Below, in pieces: positions 10,040-18,371 of a DNA stretch of 32,000 nucleotides. The stretch's first letter is position 1. Each line of letters opens with the position of its first letter. Below the pieces are notes generated by a model. The model searched no databases. It was given only the letters and a program-made list of their open reading frames with translations, and had not been told where the DNA came from. The stretch covers positions 150,001 to 182,000 of the forward strand of contig NZ_CP076228.1 in NCBI RefSeq assembly GCF_021378375.1, read 5' to 3'. This DNA is from Wolbachia endosymbiont of Drosophila innubila. GTDB taxonomy: Bacteria; Pseudomonadota; Alphaproteobacteria; Rickettsiales; Anaplasmataceae. The translations under genes and the position numbers were made by a program.

Positions 10040-10984
10040 ATGACACACACTCCAGTTTTGTTAAAAGAGATGCTATCACTACTATCACCGCAGGATGGTG
10101 GCATATACGTGGACGCCACATTTGGAGCTGGAGGGTATAGCAAAGCAATATTGGAGTCAGCTGATTGCAAGGTATATGCAATTGATAGAGATGAAACGGT
10201 AACTAAGTTTTATGATGATTTAAGCGTTAGATATCCCGATAGAATAAAACTATTCATTGAGAAGTTTAGTAATATTAAAAGTATACTAAGCAGCGTTGAG
10301 CCATCTCCTGTCATCCCAGTACTTGATACTGGAAAAAATAACTGGTCACGCGCTGGAATGACATCAAACGGAGTGGATGGAGTGGTCTTTGACATCGGAG
10401 TTTCATCTATGCAGCTTGATAACGGAGATAGAGGGTTCTCATTTTTACATGATGGTCCACTCGATATGAGCATGGATAACTCTTCTTATATAAACGCTTC
10501 AACGTTTGTTAACGCTTTACGCGAAGAAGAAATCGCAAATACTATATATAACTACGGAGGCGAACGTCATTCTCGCAAAATTGCAAGAGCAATAATAAAT
10601 GCACGGAAGAAGAAAACTATCAAAACTACATTTGAGCTTGCGGATATTGTACGTTCCGTGGTATTTCGTGGAAAAAGCAAAATTGATCCTGCAACCAGAA
10701 CATTTCAGGCAATCAGAATATGGGTAAACGATGAGCTAGAAGAACTTGAAAAGGGTATTAAAGCTGCATCTGAGATTTTAAGTGAGAATGGCAAATTAAT
10801 TGTCGTCACCTTTCATTCCTTAGAAGATCGTATAGTCAAAACTTTTTTTAAAGATTTATGTGCTACTGATTGCAAGACATTCTCTCTGCTAAATAAAAAA
10901 GTGATCGAAGCAAGTATAGAAGAAGTAAGTGCAAATCCGCGTTCACGCTCAGCAAAACTAAGAGCTATACAGAGGTTGTCGTGA
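10040..10984 (+). CDS. rsmH: 16S rRNA (cytosine1402-N4)-methyltransferase RsmH/MraW, carrying an in-frame repeat-derived insert
   Basis: HTPVLL, DATFGAGGYS, FDIGVSSMQLD, RGFSF, GPLDMSM, FHSLEDRIVK and NPRSRSAKLR are all present. Residues 91-108 are encoded by a family B hairpin element. Confidence 0.93.
   Translation: MTHTPVLLKEMLSLLSPQDGGIYVDATFGAGGYSKAILESADCKVYAIDRDETVTKFYDDLSVRYPDRIKLFIEKFSNIKSILSSVEPSPVIPVLDTGKNNWSRAGMTSNGVDGVVFDIGVSSMQLDNGDRGFSFLHDGPLDMSMDNSSYINASTFVNALREEEIANTIYNYGGERHSRKIARAIINARKKKTIKTTFELADIVRSVVFRGKSKIDPATRTFQAIRIWVNDELEELEKGIKAASEILSENGKLIVVTFHSLEDRIVKTFFKDLCATDCKTFSLLNKKVIEASIEEVSANPRSRSAKLRAIQRLS
10310..10363. repeat. family B palindromic mini-element inside the rsmH reading frame (54 nt, 18 codons)
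   Basis: The sequence is gtcatCCAGTActtgaTACTGG...ctggtcacgcgctggaatgaca. The left unit matches the intergenic unit gtcatcccagtgcttgacactgg. The right unit is the inverted form of gtcattccagcgcgtgac (seen at 27456). Confidence 0.7.
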
Positions 10985-11292
10985 GAACTTTCTGCATCAT
11001 CTCAATAGTTATGTTTTTTCTTAGCATTGTAGGACTATTTAAGGTAAAATTACATGTTCAGTCGTTAAATAGAGAGCTAATAAAAATAAAAAGTGAAATT
11101 AATTTAGTACAAAGTGATATGAAAGTTTTACAAGCAGAATGGAGCTATTTGAATAATCCAAAAAGACTTGCAAGCCTTGTAAAGAAATACCTGAAAAATA
11201 ACTCTTTAATACTGGCTAGCCAGGTTAAAAATCTTGACTCTCTAAATGGCCGCAGTGTGCTAGCACAACTTAAAATCCATGATCAACAGTGA
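10981..11292 (+). CDS. ftsL: FtsL-like small bitopic cell-division protein
   Basis: The GTG start overlaps the rsmH stop (GTGA). It has a single N-terminal TM helix followed by a coiled-coil-like segment, and it sits directly after rsmH as in dcw clusters. The family is weakly conserved, so the call rests on position and architecture. Confidence 0.6.
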   Translation: MRTFCIISIVMFFLSIVGLFKVKLHVQSLNRELIKIKSEINLVQSDMKVLQAEWSYLNNPKRLASLVKKYLKNNSLILASQVKNLDSLNGRSVLAQLKIHDQQ

Positions 11293-11396
11293 GATTAAGT
11301 CTTATTTTTTACAGATGAGCACATCACAATAAAACTTACTTTGTATCCGTTCAGGATAGCGGCAAGGTAGTATAACCATAGAGTAAAAGTGAGTTT

Positions 11397-11588
11397 ACAA
11401 CAAATGGTGTCATCCCAGTGCTTGACACTGGGATCCAGCCTTTCCATAATCATCAAAAACATTGTATTTTAACGTAAAACAGCTATTTTTATGCTTACCA
11501 ACTTAATAAAATTCCTGGATCCCAGTGTCTGGGCACTGGGATGACAAAGGAGAGCAGTGTCAGCTACTTGCATAACACCATTTGTTGT
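11397..11588. repeat. MITE-like family B composite: two inverted hairpin units flanking a ~75-bp core, inside a longer 13-bp inverted repeat
   Basis: acaacaaatggtg is followed by gtcatcccagtgcttgacactgggatccag, then the core, then ctggatcccagtgtctgggcactgggatgac, and finally caccatttgttgt. The inner ~130 bp recurs at about 15987-16115. Confidence 0.8.
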
Positions 11589-11593
11589 GCAAC

Positions 11594-11893
11594 TTACTTT
11601 AGTATGAAATTGCTTGCGTAAGATTTTGGCAGCCTCTTAACATTTTTTGGCATTTCAATTATGTATTTAACGTTGCGTTTTTTTGCGTAGAATACTGCTT
11701 TTTCAAGAGAATCAAACTTTAATACAATCTGTTTTTTTGGATCTTTTGAGCCAACCCACCCCATCAAAGGTTCAATGTAGTAAGAGCCAGATTCAATTTT
11801 TAGGTGCCAGAAATTTGTATTACCTAAACCAGATTGTGTTGCAGTTCTTGTTGGTTTATAAATCCTAAAAACTACTTTATCGTCAATGCCCAT
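11594..11893 (-). CDS. ETC complex I subunit conserved-region protein (NDUFS4 / 18-kDa subunit homologue)
   Basis: The 99-aa ORF contains RIYKPTRTATQSG...W.L......EPLMGWVGS.D...Q..LKF.S.E.A..YA.....Y.....K....PKSYASNF. This matches my memory of the alphaproteobacterial NDUFS4-like family. Confidence 0.8.
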   Translation of the reverse strand: MGIDDKVVFRIYKPTRTATQSGLGNTNFWHLKIESGSYYIEPLMGWVGSKDPKKQIVLKFDSLEKAVFYAKKRNVKYIIEMPKNVKRLPKSYASNFILK

Positions 11894-12038
11894 AGTTCTT
11901 GTTAAATAAGCTTAAATATATATCTAAATAAATCCTTTCACAAACAATTAGTATGAAAGAATGAAGTTTGAAATAAATATTTTTATGTTATATTATTGTT
12001 AAATTATATTAAAAGGATTAGCTGAATAGGAGTAACCG

Positions 12039-12650
12039 ATGACGCAACAGGAAATAGTAACAATTAATGCAGAGTTACGTGATATAACAAAAACAAAAGC
12101 GATGCATTCTCTAAGGAAGAAAGGAAACATCCCTGGAATCATATATGGAAAGGGCCATGATAATGTAAATTTGACATTGTCTGCAAAGGAATTCACAAAG
12201 CAATATAAGTCAGGCTCTCTTTCTGCACATTTGATAGAGCTGAATATTTCGGGCAAAAAGGAATATGCTCTTGTTCGCGATATCCAATTGCATGTAGTAA
12301 AGGATACTGTGCAACATGTTGATTTTCAGTTTGTTGATAAAGGCAGTGAAATTAAAATAGACATACCTCTATCATTTGTGAATGAAAGTAAAGCTCCAGG
12401 AATCAAATTAGGTGGAGTGCTTAATGTTTTGTGTCGTTCTATTGCTGTTAAATGCTCTCCTGATAAAATACCTCAGGTTATTGAAGTTGATTTATCCGGT
12501 AAAATGATTGGCCAATCTATACATATCAATGATGTAAAATTACCAGAAGGTGTTAAGTTTGTAGCTCATGAAGAAGAAAATTTTACCATTGTTACAATTT
12601 CTGCTGCCGATAGTGACGTTGAAGAACCTCAAGCAGAAACAGAGGAATAG
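12039..12650 (+). CDS. rplY: 50S ribosomal protein L25 / general stress protein Ctc
   Basis: 203 aa with LRKKGNIPGIIYGKG, VQHVDF and an acidic C-terminal tail. It sits directly upstream of pth, the conserved rplY-pth arrangement. Confidence 0.9.
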   Translation: MTQQEIVTINAELRDITKTKAMHSLRKKGNIPGIIYGKGHDNVNLTLSAKEFTKQYKSGSLSAHLIELNISGKKEYALVRDIQLHVVKDTVQHVDFQFVDKGSEIKIDIPLSFVNESKAPGIKLGGVLNVLCRSIAVKCSPDKIPQVIEVDLSGKMIGQSIHINDVKLPEGVKFVAHEEENFTIVTISAADSDVEEPQAETEE

Positions 12651-13198
12651 TGCACCTGATAGTTGGGCTTGGTAACCCTGGTAGTCAATATGAGTTAACT
12701 CATCATAATATCGGCTTCATCGTAGTTGATACAATTTGCAAATATTGGAATTTCCATTCGTTCTCTAAAAAAGCCGATTATCTGATAACCTCTGGCATAA
12801 TTAATGATAATAAAATTATGTTAATAAAGCCTTATTCATTTATGAATAATTCAGGCATCCCTGTTGCAAAAATACGAAACTTTTACAAATTATCGCTAGA
12901 TAATATCGTTGTCATACACGATGACGCTGATTTGGAACTTGGAAGAATAAAAGTAAAGAAAGGTGGTAGTTCTGCTGGACATAATGGACTTAAATCCATA
13001 GATAGTTTTATTGGCAACGATTATTGGCGCTTGAGATTTGGAGTGGGTAGACCTGAAGATCAAAGAAGCTTAGCAGATTATGTGTTATCAAAATTTTCAA
13101 ATTTTGATAATGTTACTCCCTTAGTGGAAAAAATAGCAAAAAATATACACTTAATGCTGCAAGGAGATAATACAGCTTTTATCAATTTGATTGTATAA
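12650..13198 (+). CDS. pth: peptidyl-tRNA hydrolase
   Basis: GLGNPG..Y..T.HNIGF, HDD.DL..G and GG..GHNGLKS motifs are present. The GTG start overlaps the rplY stop. Confidence 0.93.
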   Translation: MHLIVGLGNPGSQYELTHHNIGFIVVDTICKYWNFHSFSKKADYLITSGIINDNKIMLIKPYSFMNNSGIPVAKIRNFYKLSLDNIVVIHDDADLELGRIKVKKGGSSAGHNGLKSIDSFIGNDYWRLRFGVGRPEDQRSLADYVLSKFSNFDNVTPLVEKIAKNIHLMLQGDNTAFINLIV

Positions 13199-13200
13199 TA

Positions 13201-14163
13201 TTACGAAACACAGGAAGTGTATGGTCCCAGAGTGTGATGGTGTGGATTTAGTATGAACAATTCAGGAGATTTTGTCCACTGTAAAGATATAAACTCAAAA
13301 GGTGTAAGACCCTTAAGAGTTTTGAGTCTTTTAGCATAATTGTAGGCCATAACAAAGTCATAAAGATGCTCTTTGAGTTGCTGGTGAGACTGATAGTAAT
13401 ACTTCTTAACAGTGGCATTCTTTAAAGTTTTGTTCATACGCTCAACTTGCCCATTTGTCCAAGGATGGCTAACTTTTGTTAGACGATGTTCAATGTCATT
13501 TTCTTCACAAGCTCTATCAAATATATGTTGAAAAGCGTATTTATGGCGTTTTTGGTTGGTAAATTGTACACTGTTATCTGTCAAAATAGTGTGGATTTTA
13601 TATGGTAAAATTTTAATCAAATTACGTAGAAACTCAGCAGCTATAGGTTTTGTAGCACTTTTATGCAACTCAACATACGTAAATTTGGATGTTCTATCTA
13701 TTGCAACAAACAAATATAACTTTCCTTCTTCTGTTCTGACTTCTGCAATATCAATATGGAAATAGCCTATAGGATATTGTTTGAATTTCTTTTTTGGTTT
13801 AACTTCGCCATCAACATCTGGTAGTCTGCTAATGCTGTGCCTCTGTAAGCAACGATGTAGACTAGAGCGAGTCAAGTGTGGGATTGAGGTTTGCAAAGCG
13901 TAGAGACAATCATCTAATGGCAATAGAGTATGCTTACGAAATGCAACAATTACAGCCTCCTCTTCTAAAGTTAAAACAGTTGATCTTGCATGCTTCGGAC
14001 CCATATCAGCGTCTTTGGCAAAAGACCGTTTTCTCCATTTAATGATAGTTTTTGGATTAAGGTTATAGTACCTGGAGAGTTTTGCTATGCTCTCTTTACT
14101 ATTTTGTATTGCTCTACGAATTGTCTCTGTTGTTTTGGCGCACCCATGTAATATTTGTCCCAT
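13201..14163 (-). CDS. IS481-family DDE transposase
   Basis: It has an N-terminal HTH region, an integrase-like core (HIDI..V...GK.YLFVAIDR.S, ILTDN, HPWTNGQVERMN) and an uninterrupted frame. The ORF reads through the left IR, and its stop (13201-13203) is supplied by flanking DNA. Confidence 0.9.
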   Translation of the reverse strand: MGQILHGCAKTTETIRRAIQNSKESIAKLSRYYNLNPKTIIKWRKRSFAKDADMGPKHARSTVLTLEEEAVIVAFRKHTLLPLDDCLYALQTSIPHLTRSSLHRCLQRHSISRLPDVDGEVKPKKKFKQYPIGYFHIDIAEVRTEEGKLYLFVAIDRTSKFTYVELHKSATKPIAAEFLRNLIKILPYKIHTILTDNSVQFTNQKRHKYAFQHIFDRACEENDIEHRLTKVSHPWTNGQVERMNKTLKNATVKKYYYQSHQQLKEHLYDFVMAYNYAKRLKTLKGLTPFEFISLQWTKSPELFILNPHHHTLGPYTSCVS

Positions 14164-14228
14164 AATTCCTCCTTTGATGGTATTGTTTTCTCATATTTTA
14201 TCATACCATCACACTCTGGGACCATACA
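13218..14228 (-). mobile_element. IS481-family insertion sequence, apparently intact (~1.0 kb)
   Basis: It has 23-bp perfect terminal inverted repeats: tgtatggtcccagagtgtgatgg at 13218-13240 and its complement at 14206-14228. They enclose a single 320-aa DDE transposase ORF. No flanking direct repeat is visible. Confidence 0.85.
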
Positions 14229-14253
14229 TCCCCCCCTCCCCCCTAATTCCTAT

Positions 14254-14412
14254 ATCAAACCTTTCTTTACTAGATTATATAGTCAATATAAAAAGCCATA
14301 TAAAATTGCTTCCACTGCTGCCATGAGGAAATTGCTTATTCTTGCTAACTCTTTAGTCAGAGATGACAGGGTTTTTACTGAGGAATATAACTCTCTGTCT
14401 GTTTCTATCTAA
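14254..14412 (+). pseudogene. IS110-family transposase, C-terminal fragment only
   Basis: The translation KPFFTRLYSQYKKPYKIASTAAMRKLLILANSLVRDDRVF resembles the conserved C-terminal tail of IS110-family transposases (..RL...GK..KVA..A.MRKLL..N..L..). Everything upstream is replaced by the IS481 element. Confidence 0.6.
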
Positions 14413-14422
14413 GAGCCAGTAT

Positions 14423-14470
14423 AGCTGTGGATAAGCACGTTTATACAGATAAAAGTACTTATCCACAGCT
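14423..14470. other. 13-bp perfect inverted repeat (agctgtggataag / cttatccacagct) with a 22-nt loop, immediately after the IS110 fragment
   Basis: Read directly from the sequence. It may be the subterminal structure of the IS110 remnant or a terminator-like hairpin (followed by caattttt). Confidence 0.4.
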
Positions 14471-14519
14471 ACATCAATTTTTCTATTGACTTTTAACACA
14501 ACTGCTGAACAGATACATT

Positions 14520-14567
14520 CGTCATCCCGCTACGTGTTAGCGGCCAAGATACCGCGGCGGTATGCCG
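14520..14567. repeat. family A palindromic element (inverted orientation)
   Basis: cgtcatcccgctacgtgttagcggccaagataccgcggcggtatgccg contains the two hairpins of family A in reverse order. Confidence 0.7.
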
Positions 14568-14604
14568 TGGGAAACCTGACTTGCATTAGCTATAAAATAG
14601 TGAT

Positions 14605-15753
14605 TTATATAAATCCCATAGCATGCCGAATGAAGCGTTTTTTGAGGAAATTTGAATTTTCAACTGCAATCAAGCCAAGATTTCTTAGTGCTTTAGCGCA
14701 GAATATTCTGTTGGAAAACATCCTATTTAATCCATCAGTTGCAAGCGCCATTGTAAAATTATCAAAGTATCTGTTACGTGAAATTTTCTTTAATAAATAA
14801 CTACTGCCAACATCAATACCAGATGCTTTTGCGGCAACTACGTGCTTTATAATACTTTCTACATCTCTAATTCCAAGATTAAGCCCTTGACCTGCAACTG
14901 GATGAATTGAATGTGCTGCATCGCCGATAAGCAAAACTCTACCCTTATATAACTTTTTTGCGAAAACAAAACTTAAAGGATAAAGTTTTCTTTCACCCTC
15001 TAATTTTATCTCTCCTAAATAAGAACCAAATCTTTTTTTAAGCTCTATAATAAATTCTTCTTCAGACAGATCCATTAGCATTTTTGAAATTTCAGATTTT
15101 TCTGTCCAAACTATCGAAGAAGTATAGCCACCCTTCATCGGTAGAATTGCAAATGGACCGCCAGGGAAAAAACGCTCCACAGCTAAGTTTTGGTGATGCA
15201 GTTCATGCTTTACATTAAATACTATGCTACTTTGTTTATAGTCAAATTTCACTGTCGGTATAGAAAATAACTCTGGTAATTTAGAGTTTTTGCCTTCAGC
15301 ACAGATAAGTAGCGATGATATTAATTCCTGGTTATTATCAAGAATCACTTCCACATATCCTGAATCACAAGCAATTGTTTTATAGGAATGTGGAGAGTAT
15401 ATATTCAGTTTATTTAGAAAATTATTGTTGATTGCATTCCATATAGTAGCATTGTTGATAACATAACCCATTGGCTCTTCGCTAACCATTTTATGATTGT
15501 AATGCACAGTAACCGCATCTAATATGCATATATCAAGTATTGGCTCAGCTTCACTTTCCACAAACTGCCAAATCCCTAACTTTTCCAATATTTTTTTCGA
15601 GCCTTGAGAAATAGCAAATGCTCGATTATCATCTACTACACGTGGTAGACTATTTTTTTCAATCACAGCTACAGACACAGAGTCACAACTGAGGCCAATG
15701 GCAGTAATAAGACCAAGTAACCCACCACCTGAAATGATTACATCATAATTCAT
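14605..15753 (-). CDS. FAD-dependent ubiquinone-biosynthesis hydroxylase, UbiH/UbiF/COQ6 family
   Basis: It has a GxGxxG dinucleotide fold right after the ATG at 15753 (MNYDVIISGGGLLGL) and the LIGDAAHSIHPVAGQGLNLGIRD motif. The track start at 15810 is a TTG giving an unlikely 19-aa extension. Confidence 0.85.
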   Translation of the reverse strand: MNYDVIISGGGLLGLITAIGLSCDSVSVAVIEKNSLPRVVDDNRAFAISQGSKKILEKLGIWQFVESEAEPILDICILDAVTVHYNHKMVSEEPMGYVINNATIWNAINNNFLNKLNIYSPHSYKTIACDSGYVEVILDNNQELISSLLICAEGKNSKLPELFSIPTVKFDYKQSSIVFNVKHELHHQNLAVERFFPGGPFAILPMKGGYTSSIVWTEKSEISKMLMDLSEEEFIIELKKRFGSYLGEIKLEGERKLYPLSFVFAKKLYKGRVLLIGDAAHSIHPVAGQGLNLGIRDVESIIKHVVAAKASGIDVGSSYLLKKISRNRYFDNFTMALATDGLNRMFSNRIFCAKALRNLGLIAVENSNFLKKRFIRHAMGFI

Positions 15754-15856
15754 TTTATTTACGCTAATTGTAAAATTATATTTTATCTGTTTTGAAAATA
15801 GTTTAAACAAACTTTATAGACAAAGACCTATAGCTAACCCAAGAAAGGTTTCCCTA

Positions 15857-16187
15857 CGTCATACCGCGATTCATTCCATAGCTGTACGAACATTGCAATG
15901 TGGCACATAGTAAACGATGTCATGAAAGTAGCTGACACTGGAATTCAGAAAAAAGGATGATGTTATTCCAGTGCCTCTATGATGTCATCCCAGTGCTTGA
16001 CACTGGGATCCAGCTTTTTCATAATCATCAAAATATTGTATTTTAACATAAAACAGCTACTTTTATGCTTACCAACTTAATAAAATTCCTGGATCCCAGT
16101 GTCTGGGCACTGCCCACTGGTGGCCCAAACTACAACGTTCGTACAGTTGTGCGCGGTATAGATTCCGCTAACTAGTAGCGGAATGAC
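15857..16187. repeat. nested repeat block: a family A element split in its first hairpin loop by a family C inverted-repeat element that itself contains family B units
   Basis: cgtcataccgcgattcatt ends at 15875 and cgcggtatagattccgctaactagtagcggaatgacg resumes at 16151. The 275-bp insert is bounded by ctgtacgaacattgcaatgtgg and its imperfect inverted copy. Confidence 0.8.
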
Positions 16188-16321
16188 GGTTTTTCAAATT
16201 GTCGGTAAACCTAAGCCACTTTAGCTATATCATCTTGAGAACACCTAAAAGTAAACTTCTGTAATAAAATGTTAATTACTTCATGCTAAGATAGATCTTA
16301 TTTTATTAAAGGTATTAGTTT

Positions 16322-16951
16322 ATGACTACAGATTGCAAAGCAAAAATGTTAAATTGCATTAGTAAGTACAGAGAAGAACTTGGAGAAAACAAAGCAGCAA
16401 TCAAACAAACTTTAACTAATGATAAAATCAATATAAGCGATCACTTTTACCAGGGTGATAAAATCTGCAACGAAGAAATATTTAATGTAGGAGGCGAGTG
16501 TCAAGATACAAAACATGGTAACTCAGAATATACGTATGATGACTGGAAGCAAAAAATTGAAAAATCTCATGCTAAAGATTTGCTAAAAATGCTACAAGAT
16601 AAAGCAAAAGACAAAATATTAAAGAGTTTTGAAGATTATGAAAAGTATCATGAAAATGCTGTTGAAGCTATAAAAAGAGAATTAGACATAGATTCGAAAT
16701 TAAAGGCAATATTCAGAGAAAAGCAACAACCAGAAACTGATGAAACTCGAGCATATTATGACATTATACGAGGTTTGTATGAAAATGGAGACATGGATTC
16801 TCAATTAAAGTGCAGAGATCTTGATTGTTTTGATAGAACAATAAAGGATAATCTATCCCAAAAACAATCGGAATTAACTAATATAAAGAATAACTTTTTA
16901 GATGATACACAAAACATCTTTAAATATATTCAAGTTGAAGATAATATTTGA
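16322..16951 (+). CDS. hypothetical protein, 209 aa, highly charged (orphan)
   Basis: ATG ORF with no TM segment, no signal peptide and no motif I recognise. It is K/E/D-rich and probably helical. It is bounded by a repeat block on the left and converges on mrp. Confidence 0.6.
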   Translation: MTTDCKAKMLNCISKYREELGENKAAIKQTLTNDKINISDHFYQGDKICNEEIFNVGGECQDTKHGNSEYTYDDWKQKIEKSHAKDLLKMLQDKAKDKILKSFEDYEKYHENAVEAIKRELDIDSKLKAIFREKQQPETDETRAYYDIIRGLYENGDMDSQLKCRDLDCFDRTIKDNLSQKQSELTNIKNNFLDDTQNIFKYIQVEDNI

Positions 16952-17025
16952 TAGACGAATATCTATTTTATAGTAAAGAGGACAGACGAATTCTTAAAGT
17001 CTCTTTGCGTAAAGCTGTGTTTTTT

Positions 17026-18048
17026 TTAGAATTTTACAGCTATGCAATGTTTTACTGTTTCCAAAGCAATATCTTTATAAATTTTTGCCAAATCCTCACT
17101 TAACATTAAAGGATTTCCGCAATCAGAAGCATGGCATATTTGTGGATCTAGAGGAACTCTGCCTAGAAGTTTGATGCCCAGCTCCTCAGACATTTTTTTT
17201 GCACCGTCTTTTCCAAATATGTATATTTTTGAGCCGCTTTGAATGAAATAACTCATATTTTCTACAATGCCAATAACCGGTACGCTGAGCTTTGTAAACA
17301 TATCATAAATTTTGCGAGCATCGATTAAAGAGAGCTTCTGTGGAGTTGAAACTATTATCGCCCCAGTTAAGTTAAAATTTTCCATAAGACTTAAATGCAC
17401 ATCGCCAGTTCCAGGTGGTGTATCAACTATCAAATACTCTATATCGGACCATTTTGTTCCCATTAGCAGATTATAAAGTGCTTTTGTAATCATAGGTCCG
17501 CGCCATATTGCTGCACGATCTTTATCGATAAAATAGCCAATTGAAATAGTATGCAGTCCATACTTTTCTATAGGCATTGCTTTACTATCCTGTATTTCTG
17601 GCTTTAATTTTTCAGCGCCAAGCATTTTAGGAATTGAAGGACCATATATATCTGCATCAACCAGCGCAATTTTGTGTTTTAACTTTGCTAATGAGAGAGC
17701 AAGATTTAGCGCAACTGTGGACTTGCCCACACCGCCTTTACCAGAGGCCACAACGATTATATTTTTCACTCCTTCGATATGTAATTTAGCTTTTTGTTGC
17801 CCAGTTTGTTTTTGACAAGTAGCAACCACGGTCACTTTTGTCACCCCCGGTATAGCTTTAACAGCTTGCTCACAATTTCTTCTTAATTCTTCATTTGCTT
17901 GCGTGTTACCGGCAACTTCAAGCACAAAACCAACATCTTGACCTTTAATAATAATTGAGGATATTATGCCAAGAGCGATCACATCTTTACCGCTTTTTTG
18001 CTCTATGACTTTTTTTAAGTTCTCTCTTACAATTTTTTCGTTGATCAT
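17026..18048 (-). CDS. mrp: Fe-S cluster carrier ATPase, Mrp/ApbC/NBP35 family
   Basis: It has a DUF59-like N-terminus and the deviant Walker A motif ASGKGGVGKST, followed by DADIYGPS and DTPPGTGD. The likely start is the ATG at 18048 (MINEKIV...), because the track's 37-aa upstream extension overlaps the neighbouring fragment. Confidence 0.9.
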   Translation of the reverse strand: MINEKIVRENLKKVIEQKSGKDVIALGIISSIIIKGQDVGFVLEVAGNTQANEELRRNCEQAVKAIPGVTKVTVVATCQKQTGQQKAKLHIEGVKNIIVVASGKGGVGKSTVALNLALSLAKLKHKIALVDADIYGPSIPKMLGAEKLKPEIQDSKAMPIEKYGLHTISIGYFIDKDRAAIWRGPMITKALYNLLMGTKWSDIEYLIVDTPPGTGDVHLSLMENFNLTGAIIVSTPQKLSLIDARKIYDMFTKLSVPVIGIVENMSYFIQSGSKIYIFGKDGAKKMSEELGIKLLGRVPLDPQICHASDCGNPLMLSEDLAKIYKDIALETVKHCIAVKF

Positions 18049-18055
18049 TAGCCTT

Positions 18056-18370
18056 TTAGGTGATTTCTTCCTGAAGTCGTTTAATCTCAGCTTGAGGAAG
18101 GCCGGTTGTCTGAGAGATAATATCAATAGAGATGTCAGCTTTAAGTAAATTTTTTGCAACTTCGATTTTTCCTTTCTCTATACCTTCCTCAAGTTTGTAT
18201 TCAAGAATGGCTTCTTCTTTCCGCAGATCCATTATTCTTTCTTCATATGCTACTAAATCTTTTTCATTCCAGCTAAACCTGTCTAATTCATCGTAGGCTA
18301 ACTTTATTATTGGTGCTTTTTCTGCTATTTTCCTTAAGTCTTCTTCCGCAGTTTCATCTGCATATTGTTG
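18056..18370 (-). pseudogene. Rpn / PD-(D/E)XK-family putative transposase, C-terminal ~100 codons only (3' flank of the intron remnant)
   Basis: APIIKLAYDELDRFSWNEKDLVAYEERIMDLRKEEAILEYKLEEGIEKGKIEVAKNLLKADISIDIISQTTGLPQAEIKRL matches the characteristic C-terminal region of Rpn/YhgA-like proteins as I recall it. The nuclease core is absent. The upper boundary is approximate. Confidence 0.6.
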
Positions 18371-18371
18371 T

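Noticed and set aside
14423-14470. Rho-independent terminator call for the 13-bp inverted repeat
   Set aside because: The loop is long (22 nt), the stem is AT-rich, and the T-run is short and displaced. It is kept only as an unexplained hairpin next to the IS110 remnant.
15754-15810. N-terminal extensions proposed by the track for the UbiH-like gene (TTG at 15810) and for mrp (18049..18159)
   Set aside because: In both cases an internal ATG sits directly before the conserved N-terminal motif. The extensions run into neighbouring elements.
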